Positions 42,581 through 54,636 of a DNA stretch of 58,134 nucleotides are shown piece after piece (positions within the stretch are counted from its first letter, which is position 1; each line of letters starts with the position of its first letter). Source of the stretch: Welwitschia mirabilis. Its lineage: Eukaryota. A model generated the notes under the pieces. It was not told where the DNA came from and ran no database searches. It worked only from the letters and a program-made list of their open reading frames with translations. Position numbers and translations under genes: made by a program. The stretch spans positions 6,058,693-6,116,826 of the forward strand of contig JBOZIK010000001.1 in the NCBI GenBank assembly GCA_051453625.1, written 5' to 3'.

Positions 42581-42927
42581 TTGAATAGGAACATGTTATT
42601 ACCAATGTGAAATGAAAGAAATATATTTTTACTAGCTTGATTACCATTACTAATTTTTCAGATGTCATTATCTTTTAATATGCTAAATGAAGATTTAAAA
42701 ACATGAATTTATAATTACATTTCTTAAGCAAATAATGAACTAGATGTATATTGCATTAGATTACATGTATGCATTTGTGTGTTGTATCCATCAAATAATA
42801 ATTAAGTTAAGATAATCCTAATAATCATCATTTGTATACTTGGATTTCATCAGTAAAGTGGGTTGTATTGCATTTTTTACATAAAAGTTCTTTGAAAGTG
42901 AAATTAATCACCGTCTCCTATCCTACC

Positions 42928-43578
42928 TATGTATGGACTTATGTCAATTTAATATTCTAAGCACTTAGCGTCAAAGGATAATGTTAAACCATCTTGAAAT
43001 GCTACAATTAAGGAAGTGATAGTTACTTGTAAGCATCTATCCACCTCACATATCACCTATTGCCTTTTTGATGGTATATTGAAGTGACATCTAAACCTAT
43101 GGAGCTAAGGTCTATGATGATATTTATAGTTTAGAAATTGAAGTAGAACCAATGTAGGTTTGGATTATGGTTAAAGATTAAGTAGGAATGCCACTAATAG
43201 GAGTTACAACTTTCTATTATATTGGTAAAGAATTATCATCAAGGATTACATTAATATTCTAAGCACTTAATATATGTATGGACTTATGTTAACTTAATAT
43301 TCTAAGCACTTGGTGTCAAAGGATTACATTACACCATCTTGAGATGTTTCAAGGAATTGACATTTACTTGTAAGCATGCATCCATCCAACACATCACTTA
43401 TCGCTTTTTTGATAATATATTGAAGTGACATATGAACCTATGAAGTTGAGATCAACCATGTTTTTTGTAGTTTAAAAATTGAAGTAGAGCCAACTTAGGT
43501 TTGGATGGTGGTTAAATATCAAGTAGGAAAGGCATTAATAAGAGTTACAACCTTCTATTATATTGGTAAAGAATTATC
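42928..43578. repeat. Tandem duplication, 2 x ~310 bp with ~35-bp filler
   Basis: TATGTATGGACTTATGT...TATTGGTAAAGAATTATC at 42928-43237 and 43273-43578. Confidence 0.92.
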
Positions 43579-43753
43579 CTAAACATACATCCATGTATGT
43601 ATTATAATAATTTTACATGTCATCAACATATACAAGGTATATTTGTGTGGTGGAGGGAAAAACATATAGGACATAAAAGTATGAGAGTTCTATTGCCTAT
43701 AAATCAAAATAATATATATTTAATTCTATAATAAGTAATTATAATCTCTAATT

Positions 43754-43763
43754 TCTCTCNNNN

Positions 43764-43837
<74 letters not shown>
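43754..43837. repeat. Compound microsatellite (CT)n(GT)n
   Basis: Directly visible; contains a 4-N gap. Confidence 0.98.
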
Positions 43838-43840
<3 letters not shown>

Positions 43841-45109
43841 CTATGCACACACACACATGCACGTACATTATAATATAGTATACATAGAAGTTAATTCTAG
43901 ATTTTGCCTCATGTCCACACACACTCTCTCTCTCTAATAAAGTATATGTATAAGTTAATCCTAGGTTCCATCTAGTGTCCCAATTAATTTAAAGTTTCTG
44001 CCAAATAGAGTACTTCGTAAGATTAATTTGAGGAGTTGTGTGATACTGAATTCCTTAAATAAGATAACCAACTTCATCTTTCTTAATAGCATGACACAAA
44101 AATTCTAGTTTAATGATGAATAGAAAATAAGTTAAAGGAAAACCCAAATAAATAGAGTATTGAATGGAAATAGATAAAGAAACACGAACATCTATAACTA
44201 TGCAAGCATTGGTGTCATAGAAGATACATCCTATTATTCTGGCAAAGTGGGCTAAAACCTAAAACTTTTAGAATTTTAATAATTAATTGTTATTATATAT
44301 TGTGTTATAAACTTAGGTAAGAGTCTCATGATGCTTATGTTAATATAGGTTCTAAAGATCCATTATTAATAACTTCTAAAGTAACATTGAAATAATCATT
44401 ACTAATGAGTTATCAATCCTATTTTAAAAGAAATCAATAGGTAACCATCCTCACTAGATTCGTTGTAATTAGTCATATGAAAGTGATCTTATAGAACCTA
44501 CTATAAAGTAGCAAGTTCCTTAAGTAGTTGAAAATTCTCTTGATTAAGGATTTTCCAAATAATAAAGCTAGTTTTCACAAGGCTATTACATTCAAATGGT
44601 TTATCTTTGAAATTAACATGTTGTACTAGTTCCAGCTAAAAATATTAGAACCAAGTAGAAGATGTTACATCTAGATGGGATTATTATTAGAGTTAAGAAA
44701 TTTATAAAGTTCTTTAGTTGTAGAGTGTTGAATATTTAGCCAATGCAATCTAGAAAGAGAACTATGAGCATGAAAAAGCTTCCATTAATGTTAAAATTAT
44801 ATAGTTTTTGCTAGTTAAAAATCTAAATAAAAATTAAATGAAGATTGTTTAATAGCCTAATTAAGTTGATTAATAGCTAAGGTTAATTTATGATATGTGT
44901 CCCACTAAAGATTAGCCATCTATTTGCATGCATATCTACCATAACAATAAACATTTGACATTGTATGATTCCACTAAGAAATCCATCCTAAGGAGCTTGT
45001 AAATTAAGGTTTTACATTTCAAGGTATAGAAAGAAAATGTTGGCTAAGAGATCTATTGTGTTGAATTTATAATAAATAATCTACAAGTTTAATCTTAAAA
45101 CATTCTTAA

Positions 45110-45690
45110 GTATAGGTGGATCAACACACCTAGTATAGGGTAAGTCAACTCAAGATCATAAAGTTAGAAGAAAATGAGCTAAAATATCTAATTATTAAAA
45201 AAGAGAGAAGAAGAATTTTTATGTTTTTTTGATCTATTAAAATTGAAATAAAACAACAATGCAAATGATGAGATGATATGAAGGCAATGCAATGGAAATG
45301 GACATGCAATGAAATGGAAATGCAATGATCTAAATGCAATCAGTTAACCAAATTACTAACTCATTATTACTGAAGTTAGCCCTTATACTATATAACAAAA
45401 TCAGATTCAATCTATAACAACATCAAATTGACATTAACATAAAGTATAAGGAAAATAGAGAGATAAAGTATGAGAAAATCCCACTTGATGTTTTTAACAA
45501 TTGCACTTTAAACTCATCCACTTATAAACAATAGTTCCTAAATGGAAAAAACCCAATACAACACTAAGAAGAACTTCTTTCATGAGCAGACGGATCCCTT
45601 GCCTAAAATGCTCTAATATCATAAGCCAAAATGATGCAAAGAAGATCATGAAATGGAATGCCTAAGAGGGTATTTAGAGGTTTGTATTGG
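45110..45690 (-). repeat. LTR-like fragment related to 18714-19908
   Basis: Shares CAACACTAAGAA.AA..TTT, TGCAATG runs and general layout with ~18900-19300; weak similarity. Confidence 0.4.
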
Positions 45691-45704
45691 TGACTATAGT
45701 TAGT

Positions 45705-45922
45705 AAATGATGAAAACTAAAGGGATATTATTACAATAAAGATTTGACAACAAATTGACAATGGTTAGACCTAGAAGGATGTAGTTATAGTAAAGATTTG
45801 TTAACAGATTAATAATAAAAAAACTTAAAGGGGATGTAATTATAATAAAAATTTGATAATGGATTAATAATGATGAGACCCAAAGGGTTACAACTACAAT
45901 AAATATTTGATAATAGATTGAT
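45705..45922. repeat. Degenerate minisatellite, 4 x ~54 bp
   Basis: Units like AATGATGAGACCTAAAGGGATGTAATTACAATAAAGATTTGATAACAGATTAAT. Confidence 0.8.
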
Positions 45923-47749
45923 TAATTTTTCATCAGTTATGAAACCTCATTTACCTATGCTTTATCTAGATGAAATAAAAGGATGAGACATGTAAATTTG
46001 TGTTAATGCCCTATTATTTTAGTTTTTTGGAATCTAGTCAAATGGTCTTTATCTTGTGCCTTTGTCTATATGACTAATGAGTAGAAGAACCTCTAAAATC
46101 AACTTCTTTATTCTCGATTAACCCCAACTTAATCATCAATTGATGTAATTAGATCTAATGCATTAATAATATCTCCAAGGCATCTCAAATGATCATGTTA
46201 GCTCCCATGTATTGATGTAAAGGTGTTTGCTTGAGAGATCATCACGATGTTACACTTTATCATCATCTTGTTGATTGAACATCATAAATGTACCAACAGG
46301 ATTAGAAATGGATCATGCATTAAAAAACATCTAGAAAGGATAAAAAATGCTAAATAACTATGCCTTTTGATTACTTACAATAAGTAAACAAGTTTTACTA
46401 TTTATTTTATTGAATACTTACCAAATAAGCACGAAACATACTCCATAAACTATGTTAAACATAGTGAATTTGGCCTTGTAATAAAACCCCATGAAAAAAA
46501 CTTGCACTTAAGCAAAAAAGGCGTTTCTTATTTTTAGCATTCTTGCAAGAAAAAATAATTTCAAAGTAAATCTATTTATGATCTAAGAGAATGACAAATT
46601 GATGGATCTCAGTGTAATGAATAATCCTATAAAATAAAATTGAAGAATAATAGAAGCAATCAAGATAATTATAAATAGTTTTAGATCAAGATTGATGATC
46701 ACTCCAAGTATACGATAAATCGAAGAAGAAATTAATGTAAAAAATATAGTCTATAAAATAAAATTATCCTGAAAAAGATAGTTAGCTACTCAGTTCAAGA
46801 TAACTAATATGTTGAAAAAATTCATCATCTCTCTAAAGGTTATTTGATATTATTAAATTCTTCATAAAAGTTCTAAGAGATTTATAGAAGAAATTTGAAA
46901 GTTTGGACCATAATTGATCTTTTTTACTAGAGTCATGAGGACAGTATATAGAACATATTTCAAATAAACCAAAAGAATATTTTAAAACCATCCAAATGGC
47001 TCTATGACAAGAGTCTAAGATAACATTGTAAATGTGTAATTTGATCTATGATAAAAAATGATTGAATATTCTCCATGTCCATCATAATAACTTATAGTAA
47101 CAAAATAACTCTTTTGATAAAACTACCAGAAAACATTTCCACAGTAACACTATAGATTTTAACTTATTAACATAAAAACAAAAAAAAGGGGAAAAAAGAA
47201 GTGATAATTTTAGCATAAAACTAAAAGTTTCATAGTGATAAGCTTCTTACGAAGTTTATCCATAAGACCCCACACATTCTATGAAATAATATTAATGAAA
47301 ATTACTATGGGTTATTATCATTTAAATGTTAAGAGAGATTCATAATAATATTCATTGCAAAAAACTTGCATTGAAGGTGAAAGAACTACAAATGCATCGT
47401 TTGAGCCTGTAGCCAGAAGAATAGCTTATTGCATGGCTAAAGTGGTTGAGATGTACATTCATATTTTGAGAAACTATAAATAGATTATATTAACTAAAAA
47501 TAAGAAAAAGATACAACATATCTTAAGAGCTAGATTTCCAAGGATGGTAGAAGTCTCTCTAGTATTCAAACACCCATACATTATCATCTAATTTTGTCAA
47601 ACTAGGTTCCTAATTCTAATCAGAAAGAGGCTCAAGATTAGCATATACCAAGGGGTTTACAATGAAATGATATTAATAAGGTCCATAATGTTTGAGGGGG
47701 ATGTGAACAAGTGTGGGTAGGAACCAATGATTCTATTTTCTCCTCAATG

Positions 47750-50700
47750 TTTTCTTCTTCTTGTTGTTCTTCCTTCTCTGTAGCATCTTCTTTAAATTGA
47801 TAATGCTCTATGTGTTCTATTTTTGATGCATTATCTGTGTGCCTGGGAAGTGTGGGAAAACCATGCTCTTTGTCACTCTCTATATACTTTGGAGGATCTT
47901 ACAATAGTGATTTTTGCATAGGTACCTTTGGGATTTATTACAAAGCTAATGTGTTGGCATTAATCTACATTTTCCTTTGATATAATAACTAAATCAATCC
48001 TTCATGGTATATGTTACCGCTTTAGATGGATTATTGAAGAGAATCAGAGGAAAAGAAAGGAATATATATTTGAAACTCTTCCATCATAATAGCAAGAAAG
48101 TGGAAGTGCAGCTCATTTTTCTTATCAAAGTGGCCCTCCAAAGTGAAGTACTTCATTGATAAAGCAACCCAAGAATTGAAAGGCCTTAGTAAATCCTTTT
48201 TTATTTAGCTTCCTCCTCTCTTTCTAAGAGTTTGTCCAATCAATATTTTATAGTAAGGAATAATCAAAGCCTTGGGGGATTTTCTTTTCAACTCAATTCC
48301 TTAAGGAAATGAGCGAATGACATCACTAATGGAAGAAATATCAATAGATATGGTAGCGTTACCTATCTAAGTAAATCTACCGTTCCAATTTCTAAAAAAT
48401 TATTTAGAGAGATCAGGATCATGTCCTCTAAGACTAAGCACATAAGAATTCCATTCTTCTATTTAAAAGGCCTCCCAAATTTACTCATGATGTAGCAGCA
48501 CATCATGCTTGGCAGGTTCAGTTCTCAGAGCCTTTTCCATATCTTCAGATGCATTGATATCACAGTAGCTGCTTGGCCATGCTTTAAATGCTCCACTTTG
48601 GCATGGTTTAGATGTTTTCTATTACGCTTTCTCCTGCAAATGGGCATGGTTCTGTTTACAGGGTTTAGGCTGCCACATTTTTTATAGACTTAGATTTGAT
48701 CTAATTCTTCAATCTGTCTAATGATTTTGAATTTCAACTTTAAGAGGGATATTTTTTCCTATTGAAAGATAATATTACATCTATGCTTCCATAAAAGATA
48801 AGCACCAACAATCATGAAAACATTTTTCCTCAAAAAATTAAAGGTATCTAAACTAGTATAAGAAGAAGAAAATATATTTACATTTTTCTAGAGATCTTTT
48901 GTAGTGAAACATTGAATGAAGATATGGTCTTGAAACTCATTTTCGTCATGGCACATTAGATAATCTTGATCAACTCTTAAATTTATTTAATTTATCTATT
49001 GTGAAAATACATCTTTTCAACATATACCACAAAAATATTGTATTTTATAGGGGATATTTTGATTTCATAATTTCTTTCATCTATGATCATACTTAAGAAA
49101 ATTATGATAGGTTATTGATATGCTTATTTCACTATTTTTAATAGGAAAAGTTTGAGTTTAAAAAACTTGTAGCCAAACCTCTCTGGTGGAATGGATCATG
49201 TGATTCCAAAAAGTAGAATTCCTTTCTTTATCATCATAACCTTCTTTAAATAATTTAACCTGGAGAATGTTGTTGTCAGATAAAAATCTACAATAGTGCT
49301 TAGCAAGAATATATTTGCTTATATTCAAAGTTTTTCTAATTCTAAGGCCACTTGCTTTCTTTGGCATGACAATTTGCTCAAAGTTTATAACATTAAGCCT
49401 CTTATGGGACTTGCCACCTAACCAAAAGAAATCTCAAATAATATTATTTATCAAGCTAGTAGACTTGTTAGATATAGGAAAGTAACTAGTAGGATAAATG
49501 GTCATACTTATTAGGCAAGATTTAGCAAGGAAAACTTTCCTTGCACTAAATAAGAATTTGTTTTCCCATATAGTTAATCAAGCTACAATCTTCCTTACTA
49601 AAGAAGGCCAAATGTTATCAGAAATCTAATCTAAATCAAAAGGAAGACCAAGATAGGCATTAGTAAACATGGACTACAAGCATTAAAAAATCTGAGAGAT
49701 AGTTATCTTCCTTGACTGAGGAGTATTGATGAGGAAGAGTTTTGATTTGTGTCAATTTATTGCAAGTCTTAAGAAATAATGAAACATATTTAACATATTG
49801 TGAGTATGTCTTACCACAGAAAGGCTAGAGGCCAAGCATAGAAGAATGTCATCTATGAACTACCCAATGGAATATGAAGGTGTAAACTCGATGGCTAAAA
49901 TCTGATTCTAATTCTAAATGAGAGCCTAGTTAAGAAGTCCATCACTAGATAAAAAAGACTCAGAGAAAGGGGATCACCTTGGTGTAGGCCGCTGTTACCT
50001 TAAGAGTAGCTATATCTCTCCCCATTAACCATAATAGAGAAGGTCAGCATCAAGATACAAAAGTGAATTAGATACCTAAGAGACGCAAGTACACTGTGCT
50101 CCTGTAATACATAGTCTACTATTTTCCGCTAGACTATATTAAATTCTTTATCTATATTAAGCTTAAGGAATATTACAGGTTTGTTTTTTCTATGATGCAG
50201 ATGAAGGATTTTATTAGCTAGAATTATGTTGGTCATAGATAACTCTTCCTAAAACAAAACCAGATTAAGACGGGAGGACCATATTTGGAAGAAGAACTTT
50301 AAACCTGTCTACAATAATCTTAGTATAAATCTTATGGAAGACATTATAAAGACTGATTAACTTATATTGGTAAGGACTTTCTGCATCTTTTATTTTGGAA
50401 ATAAGGGTGATAAGAGTATCATTGAAAGATTTGTAAAATGTACCTTTCTCGAACATTTCTTGGATCGCATCATGAACATTAACTTTGTTAATATCCTCAA
50501 AAAGTCTGATAAAACACTATAGTAAAATCATAAGAACAAATTGGAATGCTGCTGAAAACCACTGACTTCTCTATAAATACTTTCTAGAAATACTTAATGA
50601 AAGAATTACCAATGTAAGCATTGAACTTGCAATGCATTGCATATGTCCTCTATTGTATATTGTTTTTTTGCCTCTGTCTATTCGCTGTTTGAAGGAAAAT

Positions 50701-53150
50701 TTTTGTTGTAGTTCCCTTCTTTAAGCCACTAGATTCTGGATCTTTATTTCTAGTAAGTTTCTTCCTTGGAAGATATACCATGAATTTGAGAAATAAGATG
50801 CTTTTCATAACTTAAATCAGAACTGATAGCTTCATTGTACTTTTAGATAATGCTTAGCTCCTCTAATAATTGATTCTAAATGTTTCTAAAGGAATCATTC
50901 AACCATTTCTTACAAATAATTGACTTATGCCTTAAAATTTTGGGATTTTGAAGAAATCTGTACATAGCATTACCTTTCACCAAAGTCTTCCAAATGTGAT
51001 TGACCAAATCTATGTACTTTGAACCTTTTAACCAGGAATGCTCGAATTTAAATAGAGAATTCTTTTGAGGGGAGTTCATCATGAGGATTATGGACTTGCG
51101 ATTGAGAAAAAATCTAGATTCTACTTTGAGAAAGAAATTCTCATTTGAGTTTTTGATTAAACATCTATTAATTTAAGATATAACAAGATGTTCAATTTTC
51201 CTAAGATTATTTCAAGTATAAGAAGTACCGTGAAGAGGAAGATCTCTGAGGTTTTGCGTATTGATAAAATCAGAAAAAAAGTGAATGATTGAGAGATTAG
51301 GAACATTATCGATCTTCTCATGAGGACTGAGGATTTGATTAAAGTCACTCATAATGATATCTAAAAAATCTAACATAATGTGCTAAAGGCATTGGAGTCT
51401 TTAATCTACTTCCTGAGGCACATTGAAGTTCATAATTCTTCTCTTTTAATCATTGAAAACCCAATCCACAGTAAGGTGGTTATTGCTCTTACTATCAGTA
51501 AAGATGTTACAATGCTTCTAGAGGATCATCAATTCCCTTTTGTACTCATACTTAGAACCAAAATAAAGAAAATTTTGCATAAAAATGGTGAGCTTTTAAA
51601 GAATCAAGCTTGGTTTCTTGAAGAAGACACATAGAAACTAGTAAGTCCCTTAAGAGACTCTAAAGGTAAAAAGTTTTTTGGCCATTTCCAAGGCCTTTGC
51701 AATTCCATAAATAATCATAAGAAGGAGAGTTAAGATTTCTTACCATCTTAAGTGTTCTCGTTTGTCTCCTTTTCAATTTTGCCTTTTTAGGTATACATTC
51801 GTATCCTTTTATTTCTCTATCCTAGTTTTTTAGTTCTATTAACTGCTAACGTGTCCACAACATGTTCATCAACACTATTTCTACTGTCTTTTAGTTTCTA
51901 TTCCCTTTCTATCTGTGATTATTGGGCATACTGTGACAACAATGAGTCCGATGCATTGTGGATGCATTGTGGACGCATTGCACTTTTTCATGGTCATTTT
52001 CCACTTCTTTTTCCATCATCATTCTTGTTCTTNNNNNNNNNNNNNNNNNNNNNNNNNNNNNNNNNNNNNNNNNNNNNNNNNNNNNNNNNNNNNNNNNNNN
52101 NNNNNNNNNNNNNNNNNNNNNNNNNNNNNNNNTGTGACAACAATGAGTCCGATGCATTGTGGATGCATTATGGACTCATTGCACTTTTTCATGGTCATTT
52201 TCCACTTCTTTTTCCATCATCATTCTTGTTCTTCTTCTGCTAGAATATCATACTGACTTGCTTGTGTGATGAGATCATTATTCGGGACTGAAGCTAGTTT
52301 CTTTTTCTTGTTTTTCTTGACTTCATACCAATCATTCTTTTAGACCTTCTTATTTTACTTACATTTTTCCATCGTGTCTCCATGTCATCCACATTTTGAG
52401 CATNNNNNNNNNNNNNNNNNNNNNNNNNNNNNNNNNNNNNNNNNNNNNNNNNNNNNNNNNNNNNNNNNNNNNNNNNNNNNNNNNNNNNNNNNNNNNNNNN
52501 NNNACTTACATTTTTCCATCGTGTCTCCATGTCATCCACATTTTGAGCATCATATAGGAAGATTTTCAATTTTAATATTGAAGACTGTTTCCCCCCACAT
52601 TGTATCCAAGATTATTTTTTCCGCATTGAAACTATCTTGTTTTATATAAACACAATTTCTAACTGTCACCATTTTTGCAATAAAATTAGTGTTTCCATCG
52701 AGTTTAACAAATTCCCCTGATGTATTTCCAAATTGCTTGAAAAAAATNNNNNNNNNNNNNNNNNNNNNNNNNNNNNNNNNNNNNNNNNNNNNNNNNNNNN
52801 NNNNNNNNNNNNNNNNNNNNNNNNNNNNNNNNNNNNNNNNNNNNNNNCATCGAGTTTAACAAATTCCCCTGATGTATTTCCAAATTGCTTGAAAAAAATC
52901 AAGTTGCCATAATCTCTAGGTGAGGATTTGAAATACAAATCCAAACCGCAATCTTCTCAAAATTGGAGGGTTTATCAAGAATAAAATAAGACCATTTTCT
53001 TCTTGTCTTAATTTGAAATCTTATAAAACCATCTTGATCCACTTGGGATTGCAATGTTTAGTATGTTTAACTGTTATTTTTAGTGGTGGTTAATTATTTT
53101 GACCCTTTAGAGACAACATCATGAGGATGTGGGCTAGTGCTTATCGGATG
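47750..53150 (-). mobile_element. Degenerate LINE (L1 clade) with ORF1, endonuclease, RT, zf-RVT and RNase H
   Basis: Minus strand LWNCKGLG (EN start ~51700), FKFEHSWL (ORF 50876-51082), FNDTLITLISK...YKLISLYNVFHKI (ORF 50265-50456), GLHQGDPLS (~49980), MPKKASGLRIR (ORF 49158-49367), and an RNase H-like tail at ~47850-48200. Confidence 0.88.
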
Positions 53151-54120
53151 AAGAAGAACTAATGATCTCATGCTCGACACTTGTGAACATTAGGGGCAAA
53201 TTGTGTTGTTCATAAAGTGGAGCCTAATTAAATTTTTTAGTAATAACTATAATGTTAAATTCCTATGATCAAGCAATCATAATAGCATGAAGTTCATGTA
53301 AAACATGTAGATTTAAAGCTTTGTCAATAGCATGTTTATCAAATAGTTCACTAAGGAAAAAAATTCCAAGCACACTATTGTGCATTCTTTAAAAGGAGGC
53401 CATCACTAGAAAATGCAATTTGGATTTCTTAGAAAAATGATGAAGTTTGTGGTAGATAGTCAAGATTTTTTAATAACATATAACATAGAATACTTAGGAA
53501 CATATTCCTTAAGAACATTTTGAGAAAGAGAAAAATCAACAAAGATATCTATCTCTTCACTTCTAGAATCCAATGATGCGATTCCTTTGAAGTCATGCTA
53601 CGCAAATGTAGAGTATGGGTTATTGTTTGTCATAATTAATGAAGATGAAGCAAGGTTCTATTCATGATAAGTGTAATCCCTTTCTTACAAAGGAACATTA
53701 AAATTCTTTGCACCCATAAGTATGGCAATAAACAATTAAGAGTATTCAAACCCCAAAAAAAAAAAAGAAAGAAAGAAAAAAGAAAAAGGATTACACCTCT
53801 AAAGTTATATGACAAAAAAGTCGAGTTAATGCAAAAGAAATGCTCTTTTTCTAAGTTATAATCTTTTAGATTATACATAACAAATAAAGCTATGTTAAAC
53901 ATACATTACCAAATTTTTAAGCAGATTTATGTTGAAATGTGTTTTCAATAGAATATAAATCTTTTTTGATATGTCTTAAACCTGCTCAAAGATATAACCA
54001 TTATATTACCACAAGATAGTCCTTATTAACCGCGTTGGAGGGGAGGGATTAAAAAAACCTTTTTTATTTCTGCGGGATATTATGGAAATGCCCATTACCA
54101 CACAAGATAATTTAAATTCA

Positions 54121-54218
54121 AAAACCCTAGCAACGCTCGCCCTCCCTTCACATTGCATACCCGTAGCGACGCTCTCAACCGTACGCTCTCTCCTTCGTGG
54201 CCAACGACGCTCCCCGAG
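54121..54218 (+). other. Putative non-coding exon 1 of bystin
   Basis: Pyrimidine- and CG-rich, ATG-free, ends at GAG|GTACAT donor followed by a T-rich tract. TSS position inferred. Confidence 0.55.
54122..54129 (+). promoter_or_regulatory. Telo-box AAACCCTA near the putative TSS
   Basis: Exact motif at the start of the CG-rich island. Telo-boxes are typical of plant ribosome-biogenesis and translation gene promoters. Confidence 0.7.
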
Positions 54219-54239
54219 GTACATGGTGTTTTCTTCTTA

Positions 54240-54597
54240 CGCTCTGATGCTCACATGAGTCCGTGACTTTGCAAGAAAGGAGTCACATTAGTTCTGATGC
54301 TCTGCTCCTCAAAACGGCTCCCGCACTTCGATACGTACGAAGATACTGAGTTCATATACGTTACCCGCAGGGTAGTAGCAGATCAAAGGAACTTGTAGGG
54401 TGGTTCGAGCTTACCATCCCCATTCGGTTGGATGAAGGCCTTTCCACCGGCGTAAGCGGCACCTTGGCTTCGGAATCGGGTAGTACTGCGAAGGCACCCG
54501 GCCTCCCTAACGCATTCACCACCTGCCGGCCTCCACACTGACCAACGCCGCCATAAGGTGGGGTGGCGGAAAGTATCTGATTTGCGTCATCAGAGTG
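54240..54597 (+). ncRNA. Unidentified highly structured RNA element in putative 5'UTR intron 1 (54219-54631)
   Basis: 10-bp terminal stem 54240-54249/54588-54597, about ten internal stems, GTAA/GCGA/cTTCGg tetraloops, G-U pairs favouring the + strand. Family unknown. Confidence 0.6.
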
Positions 54598-54631
54598 CAT
54601 ATTATTGTTGTCTTTTCTGCATCTCTTTCAG

Positions 54632-54636
54632 CGCAG
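54632..54636 (+). other. Putative 5-nt non-coding micro-exon CGCAG (or AG|GT recursive site)
   Basis: TCTTTTCTGCATCTCTTTCAG|CGCAG|GTAAGG: polypyrimidine tract and acceptor immediately followed by a strong donor. Confidence 0.5.

Noticed and set aside
43704-43922. ORF with THTH/ERER repeats
   Set aside because: Translation of a microsatellite.
54175-54320. Group II intron domain V on the minus strand (GAGCCGT...CGTACGGTT)
   Set aside because: The two halves are about 140 nt apart instead of forming a ~34-nt hairpin, and the folding signals favour the + strand.
54345-54545. TPP riboswitch, hammerhead or HDV-like ribozyme
   Set aside because: Only isolated sub-motifs are present (CTGAG, TACCCG, GCCTCC); the required cores and pairings are missing.
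54243-54587. Box C/D snoRNA (TGATGC...CTGA)
   Set aside because: The C box is non-canonical, the terminal stem does not fit k-turn geometry, and I recognised no clean rRNA guide.
54240-54597. Assigning the structured RNA to RNase MRP/P, U3, SRP, snR30/U17 or telomerase RNA
   Set aside because: I could not find MRP GAAAGUCCCC/GGGGCU, convincing RNase P CR-II to CR-V motifs, U3 boxes, SRP helix 8, snR30 m1/m2 or a plant telomere template. GAAGATACTGAG only loosely resembles CR-I. Needs cmscan.
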